From the IMG/VR virus record IMGVR_UViG_3300028578_000005, positions 1 through 45,041 of that record: a stretch of DNA of 45,041 nt. The stretch is one strand, 5' to 3'. Shown piece by piece: positions 1-7,953 of the stretch (the stretch's first letter is position 1; each line of letters begins with the position of its first letter). The notes under the pieces were generated by a model that was not told the origin of the DNA, ran no database searches, and worked only from the letters and a program-made list of their open reading frames with translations. The stretch is from a virus. A program made the position numbers and the translations under genes.

Positions 1-233
1 AGCGGGCGTACTACGAGGCCAACAAGGACGAGATCGCCGAGAAGCAGCGGGCGTACCGCGAGGCCAACAAGGACGAGATCGCCGAGAAGCAGCGGGCGTA
101 CCGCGAGGCCAACAAGGACGAGATCGCCGAGAAGAAGCGGGCGTACTACGAGGCCAACAAGGACGAGATCGCCGAGAAGAAGCGGGCGTACCGCGAGGCC
201 AACAAGGACGAGATCGCCGAGAAGCAGCGGGCG
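1..233 (+). repeat. 45-bp in-frame tandem repeat array (first unit cut by window edge, about 5 units)
   Basis: Unit atcgccgagaag[c/a]agcgggcgtac[tac/cgc]gaggccaacaaggacgag repeated head to tail. Only two codons vary. It is the same array as 44865..45041. Confidence 0.95.
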
Positions 234-473
234 GGCGCGGCCCGGCGCGTCGCCGAGCTCGCAGCCGACCCCGCTCTGGTCAACCGTGGCGCGGTCGACG
301 CCGCCGTGGAAGCCGTGCTGTCGGGGGCCACCGCGAAGGGCCTGCCGATGACGGACCGGGCGGCCGCGACGCTCGAGCTCCTGCGTCGCGGTGCCCGGTC
401 CGGCACCATCCAGCGCCTTGGCTGGTCCGGTCTCTACGCCGGCGCGTGGGTCGCCTGGTGGGAGCAGCGGTGA
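3..473 (+). CDS. C-terminal part of Zn-finger / 15-aa tandem-repeat protein (5-prime end lies at 44709..45041 across the window junction)
   Basis: Open frame 3 from the window edge to TGA 471-473, with high GC3. It encodes RAY[Y/R]EANKDEIAEK[Q/K] repeats followed by a 79-aa non-repeat tail ending WVAWWEQR. It is absent from the ORF track because it has no start codon in the window. Confidence 0.8.
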   Translation, partial: RAYYEANKDEIAEKQRAYREANKDEIAEKQRAYREANKDEIAEKKRAYYEANKDEIAEKKRAYREANKDEIAEKQRAGAARRVAELAADPALVNRGAVDAAVEAVLSGATAKGLPMTDRAAATLELLRRGARSGTIQRLGWSGLYAGAWVAWWEQR

Positions 474-3454
474 CAGTCCTCGCCCCGCACCTCGCGCAGG
501 CCGCCGCCGACGCTGCGGACGTCGACGTCGACGTGCTCCTCGACGCCGTCCAGATCGCGCTCGGCGGCGGTCCCGACGAGACCGCTCCCGACTGGATCAG
601 CTGGGCCTCGTGCCGCACCGAGCACACCGACACGTACTTCCCCGGGCGGGGCCAGGACTCCAAGCACGTCGTCGAGGACTGCAAGGAGCGCTGCGCCGTG
701 CAGGCCGAGTGCCTCGGCGCCGCGCTGGCCTACGGGGAACGCGAGGGCGTGTGGGGCGGCACCTCGAGCGCGGCGCGGCTCCGGCTCCGCAACGTCCTGC
801 GCGAGGCCGGCCTGCTCGGTGTCACCGGCGAAGACGCCCACATCGCGTGGCGCGAGTCCGGCGCCGACCACGAGCCCCCCACCCGCCTCGACGTCCGCCG
901 GATCCGCAAGCCCTGGCCGCACCAGCTGCAGGCCGTCGACGCCATCGTCGACGCGATCCGTGACGGCGGGATCTGCCAGATCGCCATGGCCACCGGATCC
1001 GGCAAGACCTGGGTGTCCTTCGCCGCGGCCGCAGAGCTCCAGGCGCGCACCGTCCTCGTACTCATGCCCAGCCTCGCGCTCGTCACCCAGAGCGCGGCGG
1101 CCTGGCGCGCCGACGAGCGGTGGGCCGACACCCCCATGCTCGCCGTCTGCTCGGACACCGGCGGCTCGGGCCTCGAGGCCACGACCGACCCCGACCGCGT
1201 CTCGGAGTTCGCGGCCGGCGGGGGAGTGGTGTTCGGCACCTACCAGTCCTCCGACGTCCTCATCGCCTCCCGGGTCTGCTTCGACCTGGTCATCGCAGAC
1301 GAGGCCCACCACCTCGCCGGCGACGCCGACAAGACCTTCGCCGCGATCGTCCGCGGCGAGATCCTCTGCGACCGCACCCTGTACATGACCGCCACACCCC
1401 GCCGGTTCCTCAAGAAGCGGTCCGGGCCCGACGTCGACGTCGTCTCCATGGACGACCACGCCGCCTTCGGGCCGCGCGTCTACGAGCTGTCCCTGTCCGA
1501 CGCCGTCGACGCCGGCGTCATCGCCGACTACCGCGTCGTCGTCGCTGCGGTCGACCGGCACGTGTTCGACAAGATCGCCGAGCACCCCGACATGGAAGGC
1601 GTCGACCCGCACCTCCTGGCCGGGGCGATCGCCATCGTCGAGGCCATGGGCACCATGCGCCTCACGTCGTGCGTGTCGTTCCACACCCGCGTCGAACGGG
1701 CCCGGTCGTTCAGCCGCCTCGTCGGCGCCGTCGCCGACCTACTGCCGGGGATCCGCCCGATCCGCCCGGGCTGGGCCGGCTACATCAGCGGCGACACCTC
1801 CGTCCGGATCCGCGACCGGCTCCTCGCCCGACTCGCTGACCGGACCACCTGGGGAGTCCTCGCGAACGCCAAAGCCCTCGGCGAAGGCGTCGACCTCCCC
1901 GAGCTCGACGCCGTCGCCATCGTCGACCCCAAGAACAGCGAGGTCGACGTCCTCCAGGCCACCGGCCGCGCCCTGCGCCGGCCGACAGGCACCACCAAGG
2001 TCGGCACCGTCCTGCTCCCCGTCCTCGTCGACGAGGGCGCCGCGATCGACGACCCCATGTCCGGCATCGACGAGCGGTCCATCGGCCTCGTCGCCGGCGT
2101 CCTCCGTGCCCTGCGCACCTACGACACCGAGCTCGGCGGCCGCCTCGACGCGATCCGCCGCGGCAACGCACGCCGGTCGATCGACCCCGAAGCCACACCA
2201 GAGCTCGTCTACGCCATGCGCGCCAGGGCAGCCCGCGGGCTCCTGCAGTCCCGCGTCGAGCTCCACCTCCCCGGCGGGGCCGTCGGCGACCTCGCCGGCG
2301 CCATGGCCCTCCACCTGGTCCGCGAAGCCACCGCCTCCTGGGACGAGGCCTACGGGAGGCTCCAGGCCTGGGTCGCCGAACACGGCCACTGCCGCATCCC
2401 ACAGTCCGCCGAGGTCACCATGACCGCCGACACGACCTCGACCCTCGGCCAGTGGGTATCGCGCCAACGGACCCTGCACCGCCGCGGGCTCCTCGCAACC
2501 GAACGAGTCGACGCCCTCGAGAAGCTCCCCGGCTGGATGTGGAACGCCCGCGACGAAGCCTGGTGGGAGAAGTTCGACGTGTTCGAGGAGTTCGTCCGCT
2601 CCCACGGCCGGTACCCAACCCAGTTCGAGGAATGGCACGACGTCAAGGTCGGGAACTTCCTGTGGGGCATCCGCGCCGGCGTGAAGCCCAACGACGACGC
2701 GTGGCTCACCAGATTCCCCGACCGCGTCGCGGCGATCGAAGCGCTGCCGGGCTGGACCTGGGACCCGCGCGCCGCGTGGTGGGAAGAGCACTTCGCCCAG
2801 CTCGAGCGGTGGGCCGCCGCCAACGGACACGCCCACCCCTCCCAAGGCGACTGCGCCGAAGACGGCTTCGACCTCGGCAAGTGGACCGCCAAGGAGCGCG
2901 GGAAGATCCGGGGTGGGCGGCGCACCCCCGACCAGGCCGCCCGGCTCCGCGCGCTCCCCGGGTGGGTCGACGACTTCAAGCAGGTCAGCACCGACATGTG
3001 GGAAGACGGGTTCTCCCGCTGCGCCGAGTGGATGGCCACCAACGGCGGGATGCCACCCCAGTCGCTCCGCCTCGACGACGGCTACCGCCTCGGCACCTGG
3101 GTCGCCAAGCAGCGCGAGTCCTACCGCGGCCGCCGCGCGGCCAGCACCCTCTCACCCGAGCGCATCGCCCGCCTCGAGGCCCTCCCCGGGTGGACGTGGA
3201 TACCGCACGACGAAGGCTGGGCGCGCGCCTTCGAGCTGCTCGAGCGCATCGCACCCGCACGCCAGACCGCCGACGGCGAGCTGCTCCTGCCCACCGACGA
3301 CGTCGACGGGTTCGGCCTCAGCGCATGGGCGTACAACCAGCGCCGCGCCTACGCCGCCGGCGAGCTCTCCACCGAGCGCACCGCGCTGCTCGAGACCATC
3401 CCCGGCTGGGTGTGGGACGCCCGCAAGGGCCGCCGCCTCGCCAGCGCGTCGTAA
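470..3454 (+). CDS. WhiB-like domain fused to SF2 (DEAH) helicase with five C-terminal helicase-associated (HA) repeats
   Basis: ORF track 446..3454; GTG 470 overlaps the upstream TGA (GTGA). Motifs: four-Cys WhiB-like region SCRTEH...DCKERCAVQAEC...GVWGG; Walker A MATGSGKT; DEAH box VIADEAHH; motif VI QATGRALR; five repeats of W..F..L..HG...P....LG.W...QR......L...R...L..LPGW.W. Confidence 0.85.
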   Translation: MTVLAPHLAQAAADAADVDVDVLLDAVQIALGGGPDETAPDWISWASCRTEHTDTYFPGRGQDSKHVVEDCKERCAVQAECLGAALAYGEREGVWGGTSSAARLRLRNVLREAGLLGVTGEDAHIAWRESGADHEPPTRLDVRRIRKPWPHQLQAVDAIVDAIRDGGICQIAMATGSGKTWVSFAAAAELQARTVLVLMPSLALVTQSAAAWRADERWADTPMLAVCSDTGGSGLEATTDPDRVSEFAAGGGVVFGTYQSSDVLIASRVCFDLVIADEAHHLAGDADKTFAAIVRGEILCDRTLYMTATPRRFLKKRSGPDVDVVSMDDHAAFGPRVYELSLSDAVDAGVIADYRVVVAAVDRHVFDKIAEHPDMEGVDPHLLAGAIAIVEAMGTMRLTSCVSFHTRVERARSFSRLVGAVADLLPGIRPIRPGWAGYISGDTSVRIRDRLLARLADRTTWGVLANAKALGEGVDLPELDAVAIVDPKNSEVDVLQATGRALRRPTGTTKVGTVLLPVLVDEGAAIDDPMSGIDERSIGLVAGVLRALRTYDTELGGRLDAIRRGNARRSIDPEATPELVYAMRARAARGLLQSRVELHLPGGAVGDLAGAMALHLVREATASWDEAYGRLQAWVAEHGHCRIPQSAEVTMTADTTSTLGQWVSRQRTLHRRGLLATERVDALEKLPGWMWNARDEAWWEKFDVFEEFVRSHGRYPTQFEEWHDVKVGNFLWGIRAGVKPNDDAWLTRFPDRVAAIEALPGWTWDPRAAWWEEHFAQLERWAAANGHAHPSQGDCAEDGFDLGKWTAKERGKIRGGRRTPDQAARLRALPGWVDDFKQVSTDMWEDGFSRCAEWMATNGGMPPQSLRLDDGYRLGTWVAKQRESYRGRRAASTLSPERIARLEALPGWTWIPHDEGWARAFELLERIAPARQTADGELLLPTDDVDGFGLSAWAYNQRRAYAAGELSTERTALLETIPGWVWDARKGRRLASAS

Positions 3455-3481
3455 CGACCAGACCAGCAAAAGGAGATCACC

Positions 3482-4201
3482 ATGACCACGACCACCATCG
3501 ACCTCGACGCCCTGCACCTCGAGCACGGCTCGCACAAGAACCCCGACGAGGGCATGTGCGTGATGGAGGCCGTCTCCCTGATGGCCGGCGAGCACTTCAC
3601 CGACGCCCCTGCGTGCGCGTCCCCGGTGATCCGGGCGTTCATGATCGGCTGGAACGACGCGCTTCCCGATGGCGATCGGCAGCAGCTCAAGCAGTACATC
3701 CCGCGCCTCATCGGCACCGCCGGCACACCCGAGCTCGAGGTCCGCCGCTCATGGATCGCTCTCGACTGGCTCGTGCGCGTGCAGGCGCCCGCGTGGCTGC
3801 GCCTCGCCGGGCTCGTCGACCAGGCCGCCCTCCTCGAGGGCATGCCCGAGGTCACTGCGGCAAGTGCACCGTCGATCAAGGCCCCCCTGCAGGCAGTCCG
3901 CGACGAGGCAGCGGCGAAGCGGGCCGCCGCCAGGGACGCCGCCTGGGCCGCCGCCGGGGACGCCGCCTGGGACGCCGCCTGGGACGCCGCCTGGGCCGCC
4001 GCCGGGGACGCCGCCGGGGACGCCGCCTGGGCCGCCGCCTGGGCCGCCGCCTGGGCCGCCGCCAGGGCCGCCGCCAGGGACGCCGCCTGGGCCGCCGCCG
4101 GGGACGCCGCCAGGGCCGCGCTCGAGCCCACCAAGGTCGAGCTCCAGGCCAAGGCCCACGAGCTCATCGAGCGCCTCATCACCGCCGAGGTCGCCATGTG
4201 A
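3482..4201 (+). CDS. Hypothetical protein with Cys-containing N-domain and 16 x [A/D]AA[W/G/R] repeat
   Basis: ORF track. aaaggag lies 8 nt upstream of the ATG. GC3 is high and the repeat is in frame. Confidence 0.8.
   Translation: MTTTTIDLDALHLEHGSHKNPDEGMCVMEAVSLMAGEHFTDAPACASPVIRAFMIGWNDALPDGDRQQLKQYIPRLIGTAGTPELEVRRSWIALDWLVRVQAPAWLRLAGLVDQAALLEGMPEVTAASAPSIKAPLQAVRDEAAAKRAAARDAAWAAAGDAAWDAAWDAAWAAAGDAAGDAAWAAAWAAAWAAARAAARDAAWAAAGDAARAALEPTKVELQAKAHELIERLITAEVAM
3923..4114 (+). repeat. 12-bp in-frame microsatellite-like tandem repeat (16 units)
   Basis: g[a/c]cgccgcc[tgg/ggg/agg] repeated 16 times, encoding AAAR DAAW AAAG DAAW and so on. Confidence 0.95.
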
Positions 4202-5805
4202 CAGATCTCGTCGACCCGCTCCTCCCTCCCGGCGCGCGACCGGTCCCCAACACCCCCGACGACACGGGGGTGGCGTCGCGCAACGGGCACCACCCGCCCC
4301 GCCAGGACGCACCCCCGCACGACCTCCAGGCCGAACGGTCCCTCCTCGGCGCCGCGATGCTCGGCAACGCCGGCCCGCTCCTCGAGCTCCCCGAGGCCGC
4401 GTTCTACAAGCCCGGCCACGGCCACATCGCGCACGCCATCCGCACGCTCGCCGGCGCCGGGTCCTACATCGACTCCCTCACCGTCCGCGCCCACCTCGAA
4501 GCCCAGGGCCTCCTCGACCAGGCCGGCGGGCCCGTACTCCTCGCCGAGATCCTCGCCGAATGCCCCGCCGCGTCCGGCGCCCCGACCTACGCCGACATCG
4601 TCCGCGACCACTGGCGCGCCCGCACCCTCGCCTACGCCGGCGAAGAGCTCCTCCGCACCGTCCGCACCCAAGGCCCCGACGCCGCCTACGCCCTCCTCGG
4701 GCCCCTCCTCGACGCCGGTGCCCCCACCCGCCGCAGCGACCGGCTCAAGCCCGGCTCCTGGCTCCTCGACTCACCAGCCACACCCCCCGCGATCTGGGGA
4801 CGCGACCACGAGGTCCTCTGGGCCGCCGGCGAACCATGCCTCCTCACCGGACCGCCCGGCGTCGGCAAGACCACCCTCTGCGCCCAGCTCCTCCGCGCAC
4901 GCCTCGGACTCGACGACCAGGTCCTCGGCTGGCCCGTCCAGCCCGAAGACCGCGGCGGCGTCCTCTACCTCGCGTCAGACCGGCCCCAACAGATCCGCCG
5001 TGCCCTCGCCCGCGTGTTCACCACCGCCGACCGCCAGATCCTCGACGACCAGCTCCAGATCTGGACCGGACCGCCCCCCGGCGACCTCGCCAAGAACACG
5101 TCCCTCCTCGTCGAGCTCGCCCAGCGCGCCGGCGCCCACACCGTCGTCCTCGACTCGCTCAAGGACATGGCCATCGGCCTGTCCGACGACGAGGTCGGCG
5201 CCGGCCTCAACCAGGCCATGCAGCTCGCCATCGCCAACGACATCGACGTCCTCGCGCTCCACCACCAGCGCAAGGGCACCGACGGCAAGCGCCCCAAGAC
5301 CCTCGAGGACCTCTACGGCTCCACCTGGATCAGCGCAGGCGCCGGCTCGGTCCTCCTCCTCTGGGGCGCCGCCGGCGACTCCATCGTCGAGCTCCACCAC
5401 CTCAAGCAGCCCGCCTCCGACGTCGGCCCCCTCAAGGTCGAGCACGACCACCACACCGGCGCCACCACCGTCTTCAAGGGCTTCGACATCGTCGCCTACC
5501 TCCGCCACCGCCCCAACGGCGTCACCGCCACCGACGTCGCCCGCGCCTGGCTCGAGAAGGACAAGCCCACCGACAACGAACGCAAGAAGGCCCAACGCCG
5601 CCTCGAGAACCTCGTCCGCCTCGGCCAGGCCCACAAGGTCCAGACCGACACCCGCCAACCCGACGGCACCGTCGCCCCCGCCCGCTTCTACCCCATCGAC
5701 ACCCGCCACCCAGACCCCGACCAGCCCCCCCTCCACGACCTCGAACCACCCCCCGACGAGCCCACCGACGACACCCCACCGGTGCCGTTCGAAGAGGAGT
5801 TCTGA
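4198..5805 (+). CDS. DnaB-N-terminal-like domain plus RecA-fold (RepA / AAA_25-like) ATPase, replicative helicase or loader candidate
   Basis: This is the coding part of the long open frame 2452..5805. GTG 4198 overlaps the upstream stop (ATGTGA). Motifs: LQAERSLLGAAML (DnaB N-terminal type), Walker A GPPGVGKT, Walker B-like HTVVLDSL. Confidence 0.8.
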   Translation: MTDLVDPLLPPGARPVPNTPDDTGVASRNGHHPPRQDAPPHDLQAERSLLGAAMLGNAGPLLELPEAAFYKPGHGHIAHAIRTLAGAGSYIDSLTVRAHLEAQGLLDQAGGPVLLAEILAECPAASGAPTYADIVRDHWRARTLAYAGEELLRTVRTQGPDAAYALLGPLLDAGAPTRRSDRLKPGSWLLDSPATPPAIWGRDHEVLWAAGEPCLLTGPPGVGKTTLCAQLLRARLGLDDQVLGWPVQPEDRGGVLYLASDRPQQIRRALARVFTTADRQILDDQLQIWTGPPPGDLAKNTSLLVELAQRAGAHTVVLDSLKDMAIGLSDDEVGAGLNQAMQLAIANDIDVLALHHQRKGTDGKRPKTLEDLYGSTWISAGAGSVLLLWGAAGDSIVELHHLKQPASDVGPLKVEHDHHTGATTVFKGFDIVAYLRHRPNGVTATDVARAWLEKDKPTDNERKKAQRRLENLVRLGQAHKVQTDTRQPDGTVAPARFYPIDTRHPDPDQPPLHDLEPPPDEPTDDTPPVPFEEEF

Positions 5806-5873
5806 TGCAACTTGAGTCACCCATTGATAGGGGGGGTCGGACCCATTCTCATTACCGACCCCAAAACGAGAAC

Positions 5874-5987
5874 CCCAGGTCACAGCCACTGCCACCATCC
5901 ACGGACATCCACGGACACTCCACGGACACGATCCACGGACATCCACGTCCACTTTTCGCAAAAGCCCAGGTCACAGCCACTGCCACC
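5874..5987 (+). repeat. Two 23-bp direct repeats flanking an array of phased CCACGGAC repeats (iteron- or pac-like)
   Basis: cccaggtcacagccactgccacc occurs at 5874..5896 and 5965..5987. ccacggac occurs 4 times plus a degenerate ccacgtcc between 5897 and 5952, at 10-13 bp spacing. One more gccacggacg lies at 6009..6018. Confidence 0.9.
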
Positions 5988-6022
5988 CCACAGCCACTCC
6001 GGACACCAGCCACGGACGCGAC

Positions 6023-6047
6023 CCTCTCCCCCTTTAGGGGGGAGGGG
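6023..6047 (+). other. GC hairpin (ctccccc-loop-gggggag, extendable with G-U pairs), no T tract
   Basis: Inverted repeat read directly: 6026..6032 pairs with 6038..6044. Confidence 0.6.
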
Positions 6048-6073
6048 CGTGTAGCTCCCCCGACGGCCCCACG

Positions 6074-6340
6074 ATGACCGACCCCAACCCCGACCTCTGG
6101 GGCGACCTGTCCATCGCCGTCGTCCGGTCCATCCTCACCGACCTCATGGGCGGCAAGGTCGCTCGCGGACCCATCGCTGCCAGGGCCATCGCCGCCACGG
6201 GCTGCGCGGCCGGTACCGCCACCGGGCTCCTCAGCGCGCTCGGCCATCTCGGCGTCGTCGACCGGGCGGCCAAGGGCAAGCTCCGGCTCACGGTGCTGGG
6301 TCGTCCGTGGGCGGAGTCGTGGCTCGAGGCGAACCCGTGA
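6074..6340 (+). CDS. Small winged-helix-like DNA-binding protein candidate upstream of small terminase
   Basis: ORF track. High GC3. The C-terminal LSALGHLGVVDRAAKGKLRLTVLG looks like a recognition helix plus wing. Confidence 0.6.
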   Translation: MTDPNPDLWGDLSIAVVRSILTDLMGGKVARGPIAARAIAATGCAAGTATGLLSALGHLGVVDRAAKGKLRLTVLGRPWAESWLEANP

Positions 6341-6969
6341 GCATGGTCCCGGCCGTCGAGGTCTGTGAGCGGTGCGGGCAGGTGCACGAGCGGTGCGCAG
6401 CGCACAACCGGCGGGGTGGGCCGTGTGGGGTGGCGCCGATGGCGGGGCAGCGGGTGTGTGGGACCCATGGAGGGAGGTCGCCCCAGGCGAAGGGCGCGGC
6501 GGCGCGGCGGCTGGAGGAGCGGCGGGTGGAGCACGAGCTGGGCCAGGTCCTCGCTGACCTCCAGGAGGACGTGGCGCGTCGGGGCCCGGAGGCGGTGCTG
6601 CTGGATCAGGTGTGGCGGGCGTGGGCGGTCGCGTGCGTGCTCGAGGTTCGGGTGGCCGAGCAGGGCGAGTCGGCGCTGGAGGGTGATCTCGGCCGGGAGC
6701 TTCGGGAGTGGACTCGTGAGGCGGCGCGGTTGTCGAAGCTGGCTCTGGATGCGGGGTTCGAGCGGCGGCAGGTCGAGCTCGCGGAGGCGACGGCGGGGCA
6801 GCTGGCTGGGGCGTTGCAGTTCGCGGTGGATGCGGTGGTGGCGGCGTTCACGGAGCGGGGGGTGGCCGCCGCGTTGGCCGCGGAGGTGGCGGAGCTGTCC
6901 CGTGGGCTGATGCGTTCTGCGATCGAGCAGGCGCGGGTGATCGATGTGACCGAAACACGAGGAGGATGA
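6337..6969 (+). CDS. Terminase small subunit candidate
   Basis: Same frame as ORF 6307..6969. GTG 6337 overlaps the upstream TGA (ATG 6343 is an alternative). Has a Cys-rich N-terminus ending CGTHGGRSPQ, a motif I recall from actinophage small terminases. Lies upstream of the large terminase. Confidence 0.55.
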   Translation: MSMVPAVEVCERCGQVHERCAAHNRRGGPCGVAPMAGQRVCGTHGGRSPQAKGAAARRLEERRVEHELGQVLADLQEDVARRGPEAVLLDQVWRAWAVACVLEVRVAEQGESALEGDLGRELREWTREAARLSKLALDAGFERRQVELAEATAGQLAGALQFAVDAVVAAFTERGVAAALAAEVAELSRGLMRSAIEQARVIDVTETRGG

Positions 6970-7382
6970 CCATGGGAGGACGACCGGTGCGCGGTGGCCG
7001 TGACGGGATCCGGCGGACGCGCTGGCGTGAGGATCCGATCGCGGGCGACGACCAGCGGCCGAACCCATCGCACCCGGCGCCGCGTGACCAGTGGGCGCGG
7101 GACTTGGGTGTCGACCCGTCGACGGTCCCTGCGGGGCAGCCGTCGTCTCAGCTGCTCCGTGCCCGGGCCGCCGGCGCAGCGATGGCCGCTGGACGGGCTC
7201 CGGTCCCCGCCGACCGTCCGGGGTGGCGCGCTGTGTTCGCGGTGGCGTTCGCGTGGGCCGCGGTCGGTGGGCTCGCCGTCGTCGCCTTCCTGCTCGGCCA
7301 GGCCAACGTCGACGAGCCGCCGCCCCGCGTGTACGTCGTCACCGCGGAAGCCGAGCCGGCCACGACCACGAGCACGCCGTGA
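6966..7382 (+). CDS. Hypothetical membrane-anchored protein (one TM helix)
   Basis: ORF track. ATGA overlap. Hydrophobic stretch AVFAVAFAWAAVGGLAVVAFLL. Confidence 0.6.
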   Translation: MTMGGRPVRGGRDGIRRTRWREDPIAGDDQRPNPSHPAPRDQWARDLGVDPSTVPAGQPSSQLLRARAAGAAMAAGRAPVPADRPGWRAVFAVAFAWAAVGGLAVVAFLLGQANVDEPPPRVYVVTAEAEPATTTSTP

Positions 7383-7606
7383 GCGCTCTCGCCTCAGTCG
7401 GACGAGGCGCCCTCGGCCTGTCCAAAACGATTGCCCGCGCCCAGGAGCACGCAGCGATACTCGAACGCGCCCGCGCCGTCGGCGGCGACGCTCACATGGA
7501 ACGCGCGACCCGGTGTTACCTGTGGTTCGACGTCACCACGGACCAGGCCGTGTCACTCGCGCCCAGCCTCGCGGTGTTCGAGTGGATGGCGAGGCCAGGC
7601 CGCTGA
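7379..7606 (+). CDS. Hypothetical protein (75 aa)
   Basis: GTG 7379 overlaps the upstream TGA. This is the tail of ORF 7091..7606. GC3 is high only from here on. Confidence 0.55.
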   Translation: MSALASVGRGALGLSKTIARAQEHAAILERARAVGGDAHMERATRCYLWFDVTTDQAVSLAPSLAVFEWMARPGR

Positions 7607-7753
7607 TGGGCTACTGGTGGGAAGGCCTGAGCGACGACGAGCTCGTCACCCGGCTCGAGCACCGCGGCCTCGGCGCCGGACAAGGCCGGCTGGCTCGTCC
7701 GTCACCGCGACGACGAAGCCACCCTCGACGCCATCGACCAGGTCCTCGACTAG
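7606..7753 (+). CDS. Small hypothetical protein whose coding signal switches to the +1 frame near 7675-7685
   Basis: ATG 7606 overlaps the upstream TGA. Frame 1 is codon-like through LEHRGLGA. Beyond that, GC3 is high only in frame 2 (DKAGWLVRHRDDEATLDAIDQVLD), which has no start codon and ends at TAG 7751-7753, overlapping GTG 7753. Confidence 0.35.
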
Positions 7754-7953
7754 TGGCCAGCGAACGATCCCGGCCCGTCCGACTCATGCTCACCGCCTAC
7801 GGCATGCGCACCCACGCCCTCGAACAGGAGGCCGCCGCTGCCCTCGCTGACACGGTGTTCGCGTTCTTCGCCGCCCTGGAGCCCAGCGAGGAGTCCGCCG
7901 TCCGCATGCTGGCCGCCTACGACCTCGCCATCAGCGAGAGCAGGCACACCTGA
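7753..7953 (+). CDS. Hypothetical protein (66 aa; alternative start ATG 7786)
   Basis: 3-prime part of ORF 6994..7953. The start overlaps TAG of the frame-2 segment (TAGTG). Confidence 0.5.
   Translation: MASERSRPVRLMLTAYGMRTHALEQEAAAALADTVFAFFAALEPSEESAVRMLAAYDLAISESRHT

Noticed and set aside
1-233. CRISPR array or phage terminal repeat interpretation of the end repeats (also 3923..4114)
   Set aside because: The units are contiguous with no spacers, are in frame within ORFs, and their lengths (45 bp and 12 bp) are multiples of 3. They are coding tandem repeats.
434-3042. Long antisense and off-frame ORFs over the helicase gene (434..1684 -, 1739..2845 -, 1785..2402 -, 2350..3042 -, and others)
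   Set aside because: Their translations are Arg/Gly/Pro/Ala-rich, as expected for non-coding frames of about 70% GC DNA. Their third positions are not GC-enriched, while the + frame from 470 has clear helicase motifs.
2452-4197. Upstream 580 codons of the 1117-aa ORF 2452..5805, and ORF 3669..6077
   Set aside because: Only the part from GTG 4198 has protein-like composition and motifs. The upstream part overlaps two well-supported genes in other frames and reads as Arg/Pro low-complexity sequence.
5812-6054. 80-aa ORF across the iteron region
   Set aside because: Its His/Pro/Thr repeats simply mirror the CCACGGAC DNA repeats. It has no ribosome-binding site and poor GC3. It was treated as non-coding.
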